Below, piece by piece: positions 8,246-16,278 of a DNA stretch of 24,191 nucleotides. The stretch is taken from positions 1 through 24,191 of the IMG/VR virus record IMGVR_UViG_2734482770_000005; one strand, written 5' to 3'. Source of the DNA: a virus. Taxonomy: Duplodnaviria > Heunggongvirae > Uroviricota > Caudoviricetes. The notes below the pieces were generated by a model. That model was not told the DNA's origin. It did not search any database and was given only the letters and a program-made list of their open reading frames with translations. The position numbers and the translations under genes were made by a program. The stretch's first letter is position 1. Each line of letters starts with the position of its first letter.

Positions 8246-10087
8246 ATGTTAGAACTTAACGTCAGCCGCTTATCAAACGTTGTCACCTTCCAGGTTGATC
8301 GACCATCATTAGAGAAAGCAAAAGCAGAAGTAGAAAAACTTCGTAAACAAATGGCGGCGGTGAAAGATATAGAATTGCGTGTTAAGACACATAAACAATC
8401 AACTTCTAAAGCAAAAAAAGACGTAGACGATATTGCTAAAAAGCAAGCACAGGCAGATAAAGCCAATGCTAAAGCACAATTAGCCGCTCAACGTGTAGTT
8501 GCAAGAGAACAAAAAGCCCTGGCAGCACGCAAAGAGAAGGCAGACTTAAAACTGTTAGACGTTGGATCAAGCATTAGTGCATTGCACCGCCTTTCTGTAG
8601 CGGAACAATATAAAGCTATTGCACAGGCTAGAGAAATTGCCCTCCAATATGAAAGAGGAGCTATTAGTCTGGCACGTATGAATAGCCAAATGAAACGCCT
8701 ACAACAGCAACAACGTAAGATTAATGGCAATCGTAACGCTCACGCTAAAGCCTATGCACCTGTTAAGGGTAGCGGGAGTATTGGCGGCGGTGCTGCGGCT
8801 GTTATGCTGGGTGGCTTAGGCGCTGGCGCTACGTATATGGCTATGAGCAAAGCCTCTGAATTTGTTACTAACAGCTTTGCGAATGCTGAAACGCTGGGTG
8901 AATTGTATAGCCGTGCGAAGCTGGGCGGTGTAGACGTTAACCAGATGAACAATATTGAGCAATGGGCCTACAAAAACGGCGTTGATTCAATGATGGGGGA
9001 TCAAGGTAAACGTAAGTATCTCGATCAGATGAAAGATGTGCGTGAGCGTGCAACCAAAAGCTATGATGAGGCTGAATATGTAGTCGATAAAAAAACAGGC
9101 AAAGGTGAATGGAAGGGCGGCGATAGCGGCATCAATACTTTAATGAATGAAGGATTCTTAACTAAAAAGGATCTAAAAGACTTTGCTGATAATCCGGCTG
9201 GTCTGGTTAGTAAAGCAGTTCAGGGAATGGTGAAGAAAGGCTATTCAGATGCACAAATCGGTAGTCGTCTGGAAGATCTGGCTGATGATTTGATGCTCAC
9301 CTCTAAATACTGGACACGCTCCGCTAAAGAAGTGGAACAATCAGCACGAGAACAACGAGAATCAGGGCGCTGGGTAACACAGGCACAACAGGAAAGCGTT
9401 ATTAAATTCCGTGAACTGAATAATGCACTTAGTGGGCTTTCTGACTCACAAGGGATCGCCTTTGTTGATGGCTTTATGAAATCTCTTGATCCGAAAGTGA
9501 TTGAAGAGTTTAAAAAGAGCATGGTTGCAATGCTGCCAATGTTTACCAAATTAGGCGAGGCTATCGGCGGATTGGTTAACGCCGTAATGAAAACAATCAA
9601 CTGGCTGATGAAAAACGACGAGAAGACGGAAGCTATTCAGAAGAATTTAGGGGATGCACCGCCACTATCTAACGAAGGAATGAAGCAGAATCTTTCTAAT
9701 CTCACTCCTGATCAATATAAAGGCGCTGGCACCGGAACAACTAAGCCAGATAACAGCAATTCCCTGGTTAACACTATTAAAAGCTGGTTTATGCCAGAAG
9801 AAACGGTAGGTGGGGCGCAGGCTGTAAATCAATACAGTCTCGAAGGACAAAACATTGCAAATCTGAAACAGAGTGCAGCACAACAAGCTTTCAAGGCTCC
9901 TTCTTACACCTTTGCACCTGTTATTAACTTCAATCCAGAATTACAAGTAAATGCAGAAGTGCCGCTAACTATCGAATCAGACACCGGACGATTGAGCGAA
10001 TTTATCGACTTCAAATCAAAGGCATCCTCCGCTGAGTTTAGCAAGCTATTAACGCTGGGTGTTATGTCAGGCGGGTCAACCTATTAA
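8246..10087 (+). CDS. large coiled-coil protein with Gly/Ala-rich hydrophobic segment (613 aa); tape-measure-like or membrane-associated structural protein
   Basis: N-terminal 150 aa are Lys/Ala/Gln/Glu-rich heptad-like sequence (EKAKAEVEKLRKQMAAVK..., KAQLAAQRVVAREQKALAARKEKADLK); then GSGSIGGGAAAVMLGGLGAGATYMAM, a glycine-zipper-like hydrophobic stretch. Confidence 0.6.
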   Translation: MLELNVSRLSNVVTFQVDRPSLEKAKAEVEKLRKQMAAVKDIELRVKTHKQSTSKAKKDVDDIAKKQAQADKANAKAQLAAQRVVAREQKALAARKEKADLKLLDVGSSISALHRLSVAEQYKAIAQAREIALQYERGAISLARMNSQMKRLQQQQRKINGNRNAHAKAYAPVKGSGSIGGGAAAVMLGGLGAGATYMAMSKASEFVTNSFANAETLGELYSRAKLGGVDVNQMNNIEQWAYKNGVDSMMGDQGKRKYLDQMKDVRERATKSYDEAEYVVDKKTGKGEWKGGDSGINTLMNEGFLTKKDLKDFADNPAGLVSKAVQGMVKKGYSDAQIGSRLEDLADDLMLTSKYWTRSAKEVEQSAREQRESGRWVTQAQQESVIKFRELNNALSGLSDSQGIAFVDGFMKSLDPKVIEEFKKSMVAMLPMFTKLGEAIGGLVNAVMKTINWLMKNDEKTEAIQKNLGDAPPLSNEGMKQNLSNLTPDQYKGAGTGTTKPDNSNSLVNTIKSWFMPEETVGGAQAVNQYSLEGQNIANLKQSAAQQAFKAPSYTFAPVINFNPELQVNAEVPLTIESDTGRLSEFIDFKSKASSAEFSKLLTLGVMSGGSTY

Positions 10088-10134
10088 TCATCACTGTGGG
10101 GCTGTTTAGCCCCCTTAAATAAGGATTACAAATT

Positions 10135-10812
10135 ATGGCAATGGGTCCGTTAACCATTGGTCGCCCGACTGAGGCGAAAATCAACAGCACAAGCAACGAT
10201 AGCAACGGTAGAACAACCAAAGGGGGTAACGGCTTTGCGATCATTACCTCTAATCTCGGCAGTGGTGCAAATGCTGCTTACAATGACTACCAGGCATTAT
10301 CATTTGATAGCGTGGAATCGACGAAAGTTAGCAGAAATGCGGACGTTACAAGCTATGCCGTCGAATCAGGATCAGAAGTTAGTGATCATGTTCAAATACG
10401 GAATAACAAGTTCACATTACAAGGGCGTATCTCTGAAACCGTATTGAAGCTCAATCCTGATATGATTAAGAATGCTGGAATTAACGGCAATCGACGTATG
10501 CTTATGCTTGAATACCTAAATCAGTTGATGGACAGTCGCCAACCTTTCCTACTTGTCACTGAGTTAAAAAATTATGACAACGTTGTGTTAGTTGGCATGT
10601 CTTACGAAGAAGAAGCAAGCGAAAGCCTATTGTTTACTCTTGATTTTGAGCAAATCCGTCTTGTCTCTAAAGCAACTACAAGCGCAATTGCGGTAAAAAC
10701 AGCACCAAATAAATCTGTAGGAGGCCAGGTTAAAATGCAGGTAAATACAACAGAACAGAAAAATCAAAAAAGCCCAGGGCAAGACGTTGTAACGCCAGTA
10801 TTTAAACAATAG
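10135..10812 (+). CDS. hypothetical protein (225 aa)
   Basis: aagga ribosome-binding site; follows the 613 aa gene after a short hairpin-containing gap. Confidence 0.55.
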   Translation: MAMGPLTIGRPTEAKINSTSNDSNGRTTKGGNGFAIITSNLGSGANAAYNDYQALSFDSVESTKVSRNADVTSYAVESGSEVSDHVQIRNNKFTLQGRISETVLKLNPDMIKNAGINGNRRMLMLEYLNQLMDSRQPFLLVTELKNYDNVVLVGMSYEEEASESLLFTLDFEQIRLVSKATTSAIAVKTAPNKSVGGQVKMQVNTTEQKNQKSPGQDVVTPVFKQ

Positions 10813-10853
10813 CCTTAAACGCCTATGAAACGCTCTGTAACGAGATAATCATA

Positions 10854-10885
10854 AAAGAGGCATCAGTCTATATTGAAGCCTCTTT
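10854..10885. terminator. hairpin between convergent genes, candidate intrinsic terminator (best fit for the - strand integrase transcript)
   Basis: Perfect 8-bp stem aaagaggc / gcctcttt around a 16-nt loop; on the - strand the stem is followed by a U-rich run (uuuuaugauuau). Confidence 0.4.
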
Positions 10886-10892
10886 ATTACGT

Positions 10893-12257
10893 CTATAGCG
10901 TTGTTTTACGCCTTAAATTTGATTTTTTATTGATTGATAAGCCTTTCTCTATTTCAGGGTAGCGTAAAAGCTCAATATATTTTTTAAGCTCTATTGGAGA
11001 AGCTGCATTTTTGCTATATGTGCGGAATGTTTCTGTATTGCCGCGTGTATGGCCCAGGAGAAGGGCGATCCTGTCTTCTGGAATTTGATTTCGATCAAGA
11101 AGCTGTGCTACTCCGTGTCTCAGAGAATGAAACACTTTCCTTTCTGTTCCCTTTTCCCCTAAAGCCTTTCGTTTAGCTCTTGTAAATCGTTGTGTATGCC
11201 ACGTAGAGCGTTTACCGTCAGCACGTTCTGTAATGCTGGCGTGATAGAACAAAAAGCCATTGTGAGGCTTTTCACGCAGCGACAACACCAACGGAGTGAT
11301 AAGGTTATGCACAGGCACAACACGTGCCGCAGCTTTCGTCTTTCCCTGTGTGATTTCAAAACACAGCACACCTTCGATCTCTTTCACATCGTCTATTGTG
11401 AGACTTGCTATCTCATTGATCCGCATACCTGTATATAAACCGATAAGACACAAAGCCGTCATTTCTTTGTTTTCTGCTGAATTACCGGAAAATACTTGCA
11501 ACACCTGCAATAGCTCTTTGTTAGAAAATGCCTCGTAGCTCTCTCTACTTTGTGCCACATCAAGCCTATGCCCTCGCCAGGGGGAGAGCGCCCTTTCTGG
11601 CGCATCGTGGTAACGTGATGAAGCTAATTCCCATAGCTGGGCCATTGGACTGATATAATTTGCAATTGATTGTTGTGAAAGAGTTTTTTGCATGTGTTCA
11701 ATCCAGCCTGTAACAGTGGTGCGGCTTACATCTTGCAATGCAATATCAGGCTTTTTACGGTAGGAGAGAAACATCTCTACCGCTTTTCTTGCCTTAGCTA
11801 AAGTGGCTGGCTTCTTCTTCGTGCTGTTAATTGTCAGGTAGATTTCAAGAATTTTAAGCAATGACGGACACGAAGACGCTGTATCTTGCACTCTGGTAGC
11901 TGTTTTGGCGTATTTAGCCTTACTGCGTAACAGTTCCAGCGTGTTTTCTATTGTGCTGTTTACAGGGGCAACACTCTCCCGTAAGCAATGGTATTCATCT
12001 GCAATCTGATCACGCTTTCTACGTGCAACACGAAGATTACTTGTGTGTAGACTTCTGACAAACGTCCTTTTTCCTTCAAAAAAGGGCTGCATATACACAG
12101 GCAGCGTGATCCTTAAATAGTAGTTACCGTAAGAATCACAGATTAAGTATTGGTTAGGCTTGTATCTCATAAAATCTCCGGCTAAAGTGTCGGAGCGTTT
12201 GTAATGTGAAAATTGATTGTGACGCATAGAAAATGATGATTTTTCTATAAGATTCAA
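10893..12257 (-). CDS. tyrosine recombinase / phage-type integrase (454 aa)
   Basis: C-terminal catalytic region carries integrase signatures: GMRINEIASLTIDDV, HSLRHGVAQLL (H-x-x-R box) and LLGHTRGNTETFRTYSKN (tyrosine nucleophile region). Confidence 0.8.
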   Translation of the reverse strand: MNLIEKSSFSMRHNQFSHYKRSDTLAGDFMRYKPNQYLICDSYGNYYLRITLPVYMQPFFEGKRTFVRSLHTSNLRVARRKRDQIADEYHCLRESVAPVNSTIENTLELLRSKAKYAKTATRVQDTASSCPSLLKILEIYLTINSTKKKPATLAKARKAVEMFLSYRKKPDIALQDVSRTTVTGWIEHMQKTLSQQSIANYISPMAQLWELASSRYHDAPERALSPWRGHRLDVAQSRESYEAFSNKELLQVLQVFSGNSAENKEMTALCLIGLYTGMRINEIASLTIDDVKEIEGVLCFEITQGKTKAAARVVPVHNLITPLVLSLREKPHNGFLFYHASITERADGKRSTWHTQRFTRAKRKALGEKGTERKVFHSLRHGVAQLLDRNQIPEDRIALLLGHTRGNTETFRTYSKNAASPIELKKYIELLRYPEIEKGLSINKKSNLRRKTTL

Positions 12258-12314
12258 TCAATTAGTAATGGTCGTAGGTGATGGCATTAACACGAGATTA
12301 ATCGAGTGTTTTAC

Positions 12315-12332
12315 TCCTATTATCGGCACCAT
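12315..12332. repeat. candidate attL core of the P4-like element (direct repeat of 23639-23655)
   Basis: tcctattatcggcaccat here matches tcctattatcgcaccat at 23639-23655 with one 1-nt indel; both copies sit at the expected outer edges (int side and crr side). Confidence 0.4.
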
Positions 12333-12495
12333 CTCCACTTCTTCAAACATCCGTATTTATCCATAACCGCACTGTTTTATAAAAGATTTTTTGTTTTTAC
12401 TGTTCGTATTAGTCCATAACTTTCCAGTAGAATCCAGTACTAAATGTGTATAGGATTATGTATATGTTCCTGTTCGATTTTGGAATTCTATACAC

Positions 12496-13680
12496 ATGCC
12501 CCTAAATGATATGCAGATTCGCCGTGCTAAACCTGAAGCTAAAGCCTATACACTTGGGGATGGGCAAGGGTTGTCTTTACTTGTAGAGCCAAATGGAAGT
12601 AAAAGCTGGCGATTTCGTTATCGCTATGCCGGTAAACCCAAAATGATCTCGCTTGGTGTTTACCCAACGATCACTCTTGCTGATGCTCGTTCCCGTCGTG
12701 ATGAAGCTCGAAAACTTGTGGCAGAAGGAAAGAACCCTAGTGAGGTTCGAAAAGAGCAAAAGCTGGCTCTGCAAACAGAGTCAGAGAACGCCTTCGAAAA
12801 GATAGCCAGAGAGTGGCATCAACAGAAGTCTACCAAATGGTCGGCGGGATATGCATCAGACATCATGGAAGCGTTTAAGAACGACATTTTTCCTTATGTG
12901 GGAACAAGGCCAGTGGGAGAGATTAAACCGCTAGAACTGCTTAATGTGCTGCGTAAAATCGAAAAGCGCGGTGCATTAGAAAAAATGCGCAAAGTTCGGC
13001 AGCGATGCTCAGAAGTTTTCCGCTATGCCATTGCTACTGGAAGGGCTGAGTTTAACCCTGCTGCGGATCTTTCAAGCGCCCTCAATGTACACCAATCAAA
13101 TCATTTCCCGTTCTTAAAGGCTAATGAGATACCTGATTTTCTTCGCGCCTTAAACGGATATACCGGAAGTCGGCTTGTCCTGATTGCCACGAAATTGCTC
13201 ATGATTACAGGTGTTAGAACCATCGAATTACGTGCGGCATTATGGTCAGAATTTGATTTAGATAACGCTATTTGGGAAATTCCTGCTGAAAGGATGAAAA
13301 TGCGCAGATCACACCTTGTGCCTTTGTCGACTCAAGCGTTAGATTTGCTAAATGAACTCAAGATGATGACAGGGAAGTATAGTTATGTTTTTCCGGGGCG
13401 GAACGATCCGAACAAGCCTATGAGTGAGGCGAGTATTAACCAAGTTATCAAGCGTATTGGTTATGGTGGAAAACTTACTGGTCATGGATTTCGACATTCC
13501 TTATCTACTATCCTCCACGAAAAAGGATATGATTCGGCTTGGATAGAAATACAGCTTGCTCATATAGATAAGAATAATATTAGAGGTACGTATAATCATG
13601 CTCAATATATTGATAAACGCCGTGATATGATGCAGTGGTATTCAGATTATATTTTTATTAAGGAGAATGTGAATGAGTAA
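12496..13680 (+). CDS. int: P4-type tyrosine integrase (394 aa)
   Basis: N-terminal arm-binding region typical of P4/CP4-57 integrases (MQIRRAKPEAKAYTLGDGQGLSLLVEPNGSKSWRFRYRYAGK); C-terminal catalytic motifs HGFRHSLSTIL and LAHIDKNNIRGTYNHAQYIDKRRDMMQWY. Confidence 0.9.
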   Translation: MPLNDMQIRRAKPEAKAYTLGDGQGLSLLVEPNGSKSWRFRYRYAGKPKMISLGVYPTITLADARSRRDEARKLVAEGKNPSEVRKEQKLALQTESENAFEKIAREWHQQKSTKWSAGYASDIMEAFKNDIFPYVGTRPVGEIKPLELLNVLRKIEKRGALEKMRKVRQRCSEVFRYAIATGRAEFNPAADLSSALNVHQSNHFPFLKANEIPDFLRALNGYTGSRLVLIATKLLMITGVRTIELRAALWSEFDLDNAIWEIPAERMKMRRSHLVPLSTQALDLLNELKMMTGKYSYVFPGRNDPNKPMSEASINQVIKRIGYGGKLTGHGFRHSLSTILHEKGYDSAWIEIQLAHIDKNNIRGTYNHAQYIDKRRDMMQWYSDYIFIKENVNE

Positions 13681-15301
13681 CGAGTTTGATAGTAGTAAAC
13701 TAGAAAATTGCTTTGAGCTTGCATTGGAAAATATTATAAAGCACGGCGATACAGATATTTTCCCTTACCCATTTGAAAGTCGGTTATTTGAAGATGATAA
13801 GGAGAAAGTAAAAACTGCATTAATGCAAACATTTAATGACTTTGAAAATAAAAGGATCGAGATTCCACCAAACATAATTAATAGCTTTTCAAGTATTGGT
13901 TATTATGGTTACAGGTGGGCGACCCAAATTGATCCATTCTGGAATGCTTTTTTTCTTGGGTTAGTTTTAAAAATCGCTGATGATATTGAAAGGAATAGAT
14001 CTACTAAAACGCAGGTTTATTCATATCGCTTTAAACCAAACCTTGCTGATGGTTCTCTTTTTGATAAAGAGATCTCTTGGAGAAAATATCAAGAAGACAG
14101 TATCTCTGAATGTTCTAACGATGAAATAAAGTATGTACTTACATGCGATATAGCAGATTTCTATCCGCGTATTTATCACCACCGTTTAGAAAATGCGTTA
14201 GATAGAGTCGACCCCAATAAAGATTACTCTGGGAAAATCAAGAAATTACTACAGACATTTAGTGAAACAAAATCATATGGAGTACCAGTTGGATGTCCTG
14301 CCTCTAGAATATTAGCAGAACTAGCTCTAGATTCTATTGATAAATTATTGTCTATGAATAGAATCAACTATAAGCGTTATGTCGACGACTTTGTTATTTT
14401 TTGTAACTCTAGAGAGGATGCTCATAAGATTTTAACTTTGCTTAGTAAAAAACTGATGGAAAATGAAGGGCTAACTTTACAGAAACAAAAAACCAATATT
14501 GTTACTAAAGAAGAGTTCCTTTCAGTAACTAAAGCTAAGTTGCATGGTAATGATGAAGATGAAGAATCTCCTATGAAGGCTAAATTTATGAGTCTTCCTA
14601 TAAGATTCGATCCTTACTCAGCAAATGCGATAGAGGAATATGAAGAGATAAAGGAATCTTTAAAAGATTTTGACTTGTTAGCTATGCTGAGTAGTGAGTT
14701 ACAAAAATCAAAAATTAACCAATCTTTTAGCAAGCATTTGATAAAGGCATTCTCAGCAACATCAGATGAAATAATAAGTAGTGCTTTCAAAGTAATGTTT
14801 AATAACTTGCATGAGTTATATCCAATATTTACAACTATAATTCAAGTAGCTAACTCCAACTGGCAAAAATTAAGCACAGAAACCAAAGATATTATTCTTG
14901 ATAAAATAACTGCACTAATTAAACAAGATTCATATATTTTGAGTACTGAGCTCAACTTAGCCTATGTAGCCCGAATGCTCTCAAAAGAAAATTCAGAAAA
15001 ATCCACCCTAATCCTTAGTGAAATATACAATAACAATCCAGAAAGCATCTTAGTCAAGAACATAGTTACACAGTCAATGGCAAAAATTAATTCTTACGCA
15101 TGGCTTTCTGATATCAAAAAAAATTTCTCTGCAATGCATCCGTTGCAGAGAAGACTATTGATCGTTTCCAGTTACATCTTAGGTGATGAAGGACGGCACT
15201 GGAGAGAGCATAATAAGAAAACATTCAACTTTGTAGAGGTGATTTACAGGGATTGGGCAAGTAAAAGGCATACCGCAAGAAATCTTGAGGATGCGCTATG
15301 A
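13673..15301 (+). CDS. reverse transcriptase (542 aa) with helical C-terminal extension; non-retron, non-intron defence-type RT suspected
   Basis: RT motif A CDIADFYPRIYHH, motif B SYGVPVGCPASRILAELALDSID, motif C with catalytic YVDD (YKRYVDDFVIF). Start overlaps the int stop by 8 nt with aagga ribosome-binding site. GC is visibly lower than in neighbouring P4 genes. Confidence 0.85.
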   Translation: MSNEFDSSKLENCFELALENIIKHGDTDIFPYPFESRLFEDDKEKVKTALMQTFNDFENKRIEIPPNIINSFSSIGYYGYRWATQIDPFWNAFFLGLVLKIADDIERNRSTKTQVYSYRFKPNLADGSLFDKEISWRKYQEDSISECSNDEIKYVLTCDIADFYPRIYHHRLENALDRVDPNKDYSGKIKKLLQTFSETKSYGVPVGCPASRILAELALDSIDKLLSMNRINYKRYVDDFVIFCNSREDAHKILTLLSKKLMENEGLTLQKQKTNIVTKEEFLSVTKAKLHGNDEDEESPMKAKFMSLPIRFDPYSANAIEEYEEIKESLKDFDLLAMLSSELQKSKINQSFSKHLIKAFSATSDEIISSAFKVMFNNLHELYPIFTTIIQVANSNWQKLSTETKDIILDKITALIKQDSYILSTELNLAYVARMLSKENSEKSTLILSEIYNNNPESILVKNIVTQSMAKINSYAWLSDIKKNFSAMHPLQRRLLIVSSYILGDEGRHWREHNKKTFNFVEVIYRDWASKRHTARNLEDAL

Positions 15302-16038
15302 TATCTGAATTAACGTTTTCTCGAAAATTCACTTCATTTTGGAATCAATTGCTTCCAAATGCTAATAATTTCATACGCATCATTAACGGCAGTCTCATCG
15401 AGGACGTTTATCCTCCTCTAGATGACTGCGCTAATAGGTCAAATAACGTCTTTGTTAATGAGTGCGCATTTAATTTATATAGGGCAATACAGAATGATTC
15501 GTTAGACAGAAATATTCTTTCAGCACATGATATCTTCCATAATGCTGATTTTCAGGTTGTTTTTGAAAAAACAAAAGAATATCTACAGCGGTTCGCTTAC
15601 GGTTCTAACTTCAAGCTACCCTTAAGCATGGTTGAGTACAATGCCATAAGGGAAATAGCAAGAAACATTTTGTCTCGATATGGAATGGAAAACCAAATTG
15701 AAGTGTCTCCACAATTCGATGGATGCGGAGTAATAAATAATTCATATGGCGATATTTATTATTCAAATGTTCTTGTGGAAATAAAATCAGGAGATAGGAA
15801 GTTTAGTGTTTACGATCTTAGACAGGTGCTAATATATTTCACTTTAAACTTTTACTCAAAAAACAAAAGAAACATCAAGAGATTTGAGCTTTTCAATCCT
15901 CGGATGGGTATCACTTATAGTGATACCATTGTCAACCTTTGCAAAGAGTTGGCGTTTATTCAACCTGAAGAATTGTACTTTGAGATAATGAATTCTATTA
16001 CAGAAGAAAATTTCATAGTAACTGAAATGCAACGCTAG
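15298..16038 (+). CDS. RT-associated accessory protein (246 aa), putative effector; function unknown
   Basis: ATGA start/stop overlap with the RT gene (translational coupling). Soluble, no obvious transmembrane segment. Weak motifs: R-x5-H (DRNILSAHD) and D-x11-E-x-K (GDIYYSNVLVEIK). Confidence 0.6.
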   Translation: MISELTFSRKFTSFWNQLLPNANNFIRIINGSLIEDVYPPLDDCANRSNNVFVNECAFNLYRAIQNDSLDRNILSAHDIFHNADFQVVFEKTKEYLQRFAYGSNFKLPLSMVEYNAIREIARNILSRYGMENQIEVSPQFDGCGVINNSYGDIYYSNVLVEIKSGDRKFSVYDLRQVLIYFTLNFYSKNKRNIKRFELFNPRMGITYSDTIVNLCKELAFIQPEELYFEIMNSITEENFIVTEMQR

Positions 16039-16047
16039 ATATCATGC

Positions 16048-16075
16048 AGACCGCTACAATCCATTGTAGTGGTCT
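16048..16075 (+). terminator. stem-loop just after the accessory gene stop, possible terminator or RNA structure
   Basis: agaccgctacaat cc attgtagtggtct gives a 13-bp stem with one G-U pair, 10 nt after the TAG stop, followed by atttct. Confidence 0.35.
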
Positions 16076-16157
16076 ATTTCTAAACGTTCCTTCTGACGAA
16101 TAAAGCCAAAATACCAAATAGAATTAAAGAAAATTATAATATCAGCCTTAGCGCGCA

Positions 16158-16176
16158 ATGCTCCCCCCGCCACGCC
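16158..16176. other. cos: candidate cos site (P2/P4-type 19-nt cohesive end sequence)
   Basis: Minus-strand reading of 16158-16176 is GGCGTGGCGGGGGGAGCAT, which matches the P2/P4 cohesive end as I recall it (GGCGAGGCGGGGAAAGCAC) at 15 of 19 positions. It sits between the cargo and psu, where cos lies in circular P4. Confidence 0.45.
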
Positions 16177-16278
16177 CGCCCGCTTTGCGGGGCGGTTTTA
16201 ATGCAGTTGCACTGACACGCTCAGACCGCGCCGGGAATGGCGCGGTCTGCAGAAAATGAGGCAGGGAAACGCATGCAA

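Noticed and set aside
8116-9886. Minus-strand ORFs (116, 80, 66, 119, 73 aa) inside the 613 aa gene
   Set aside because: Antisense to a long, compositionally coherent coiled-coil ORF; no supporting translation signals.
10994-11538. Plus-strand ORFs (60, 82, 80 aa) and a 70 aa minus-strand ORF (11159-11371, out of frame) inside the left integrase gene
   Set aside because: All lie within the coding region of the well-supported minus-strand integrase, either antisense or in a different frame, with no start signals; shadow ORFs.
12258-12495. Expected tRNA gene at the integrase-proximal attachment site
   Set aside because: No cloverleaf-compatible sequence, conserved T-loop (GTTCGAATC-like) or CCA-proximal acceptor stem found in either junction; the element appears to use a non-tRNA site, or the tRNA lies outside the window.
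13400-13680. Retron msr/msd non-coding RNA upstream of the RT
   Set aside because: The RT start overlaps the integrase stop, leaving no non-coding space upstream; no a1/a2 inverted repeats characteristic of retron ncRNA were seen. A downstream RNA is not excluded (see the cos-region finding).
13673-15301. Group II intron-encoded RT / maturase
   Set aside because: No upstream or downstream ribozyme-like structured region, no recognisable maturase X or HNH endonuclease segment, and the gene sits in an operon with int and a partner protein.
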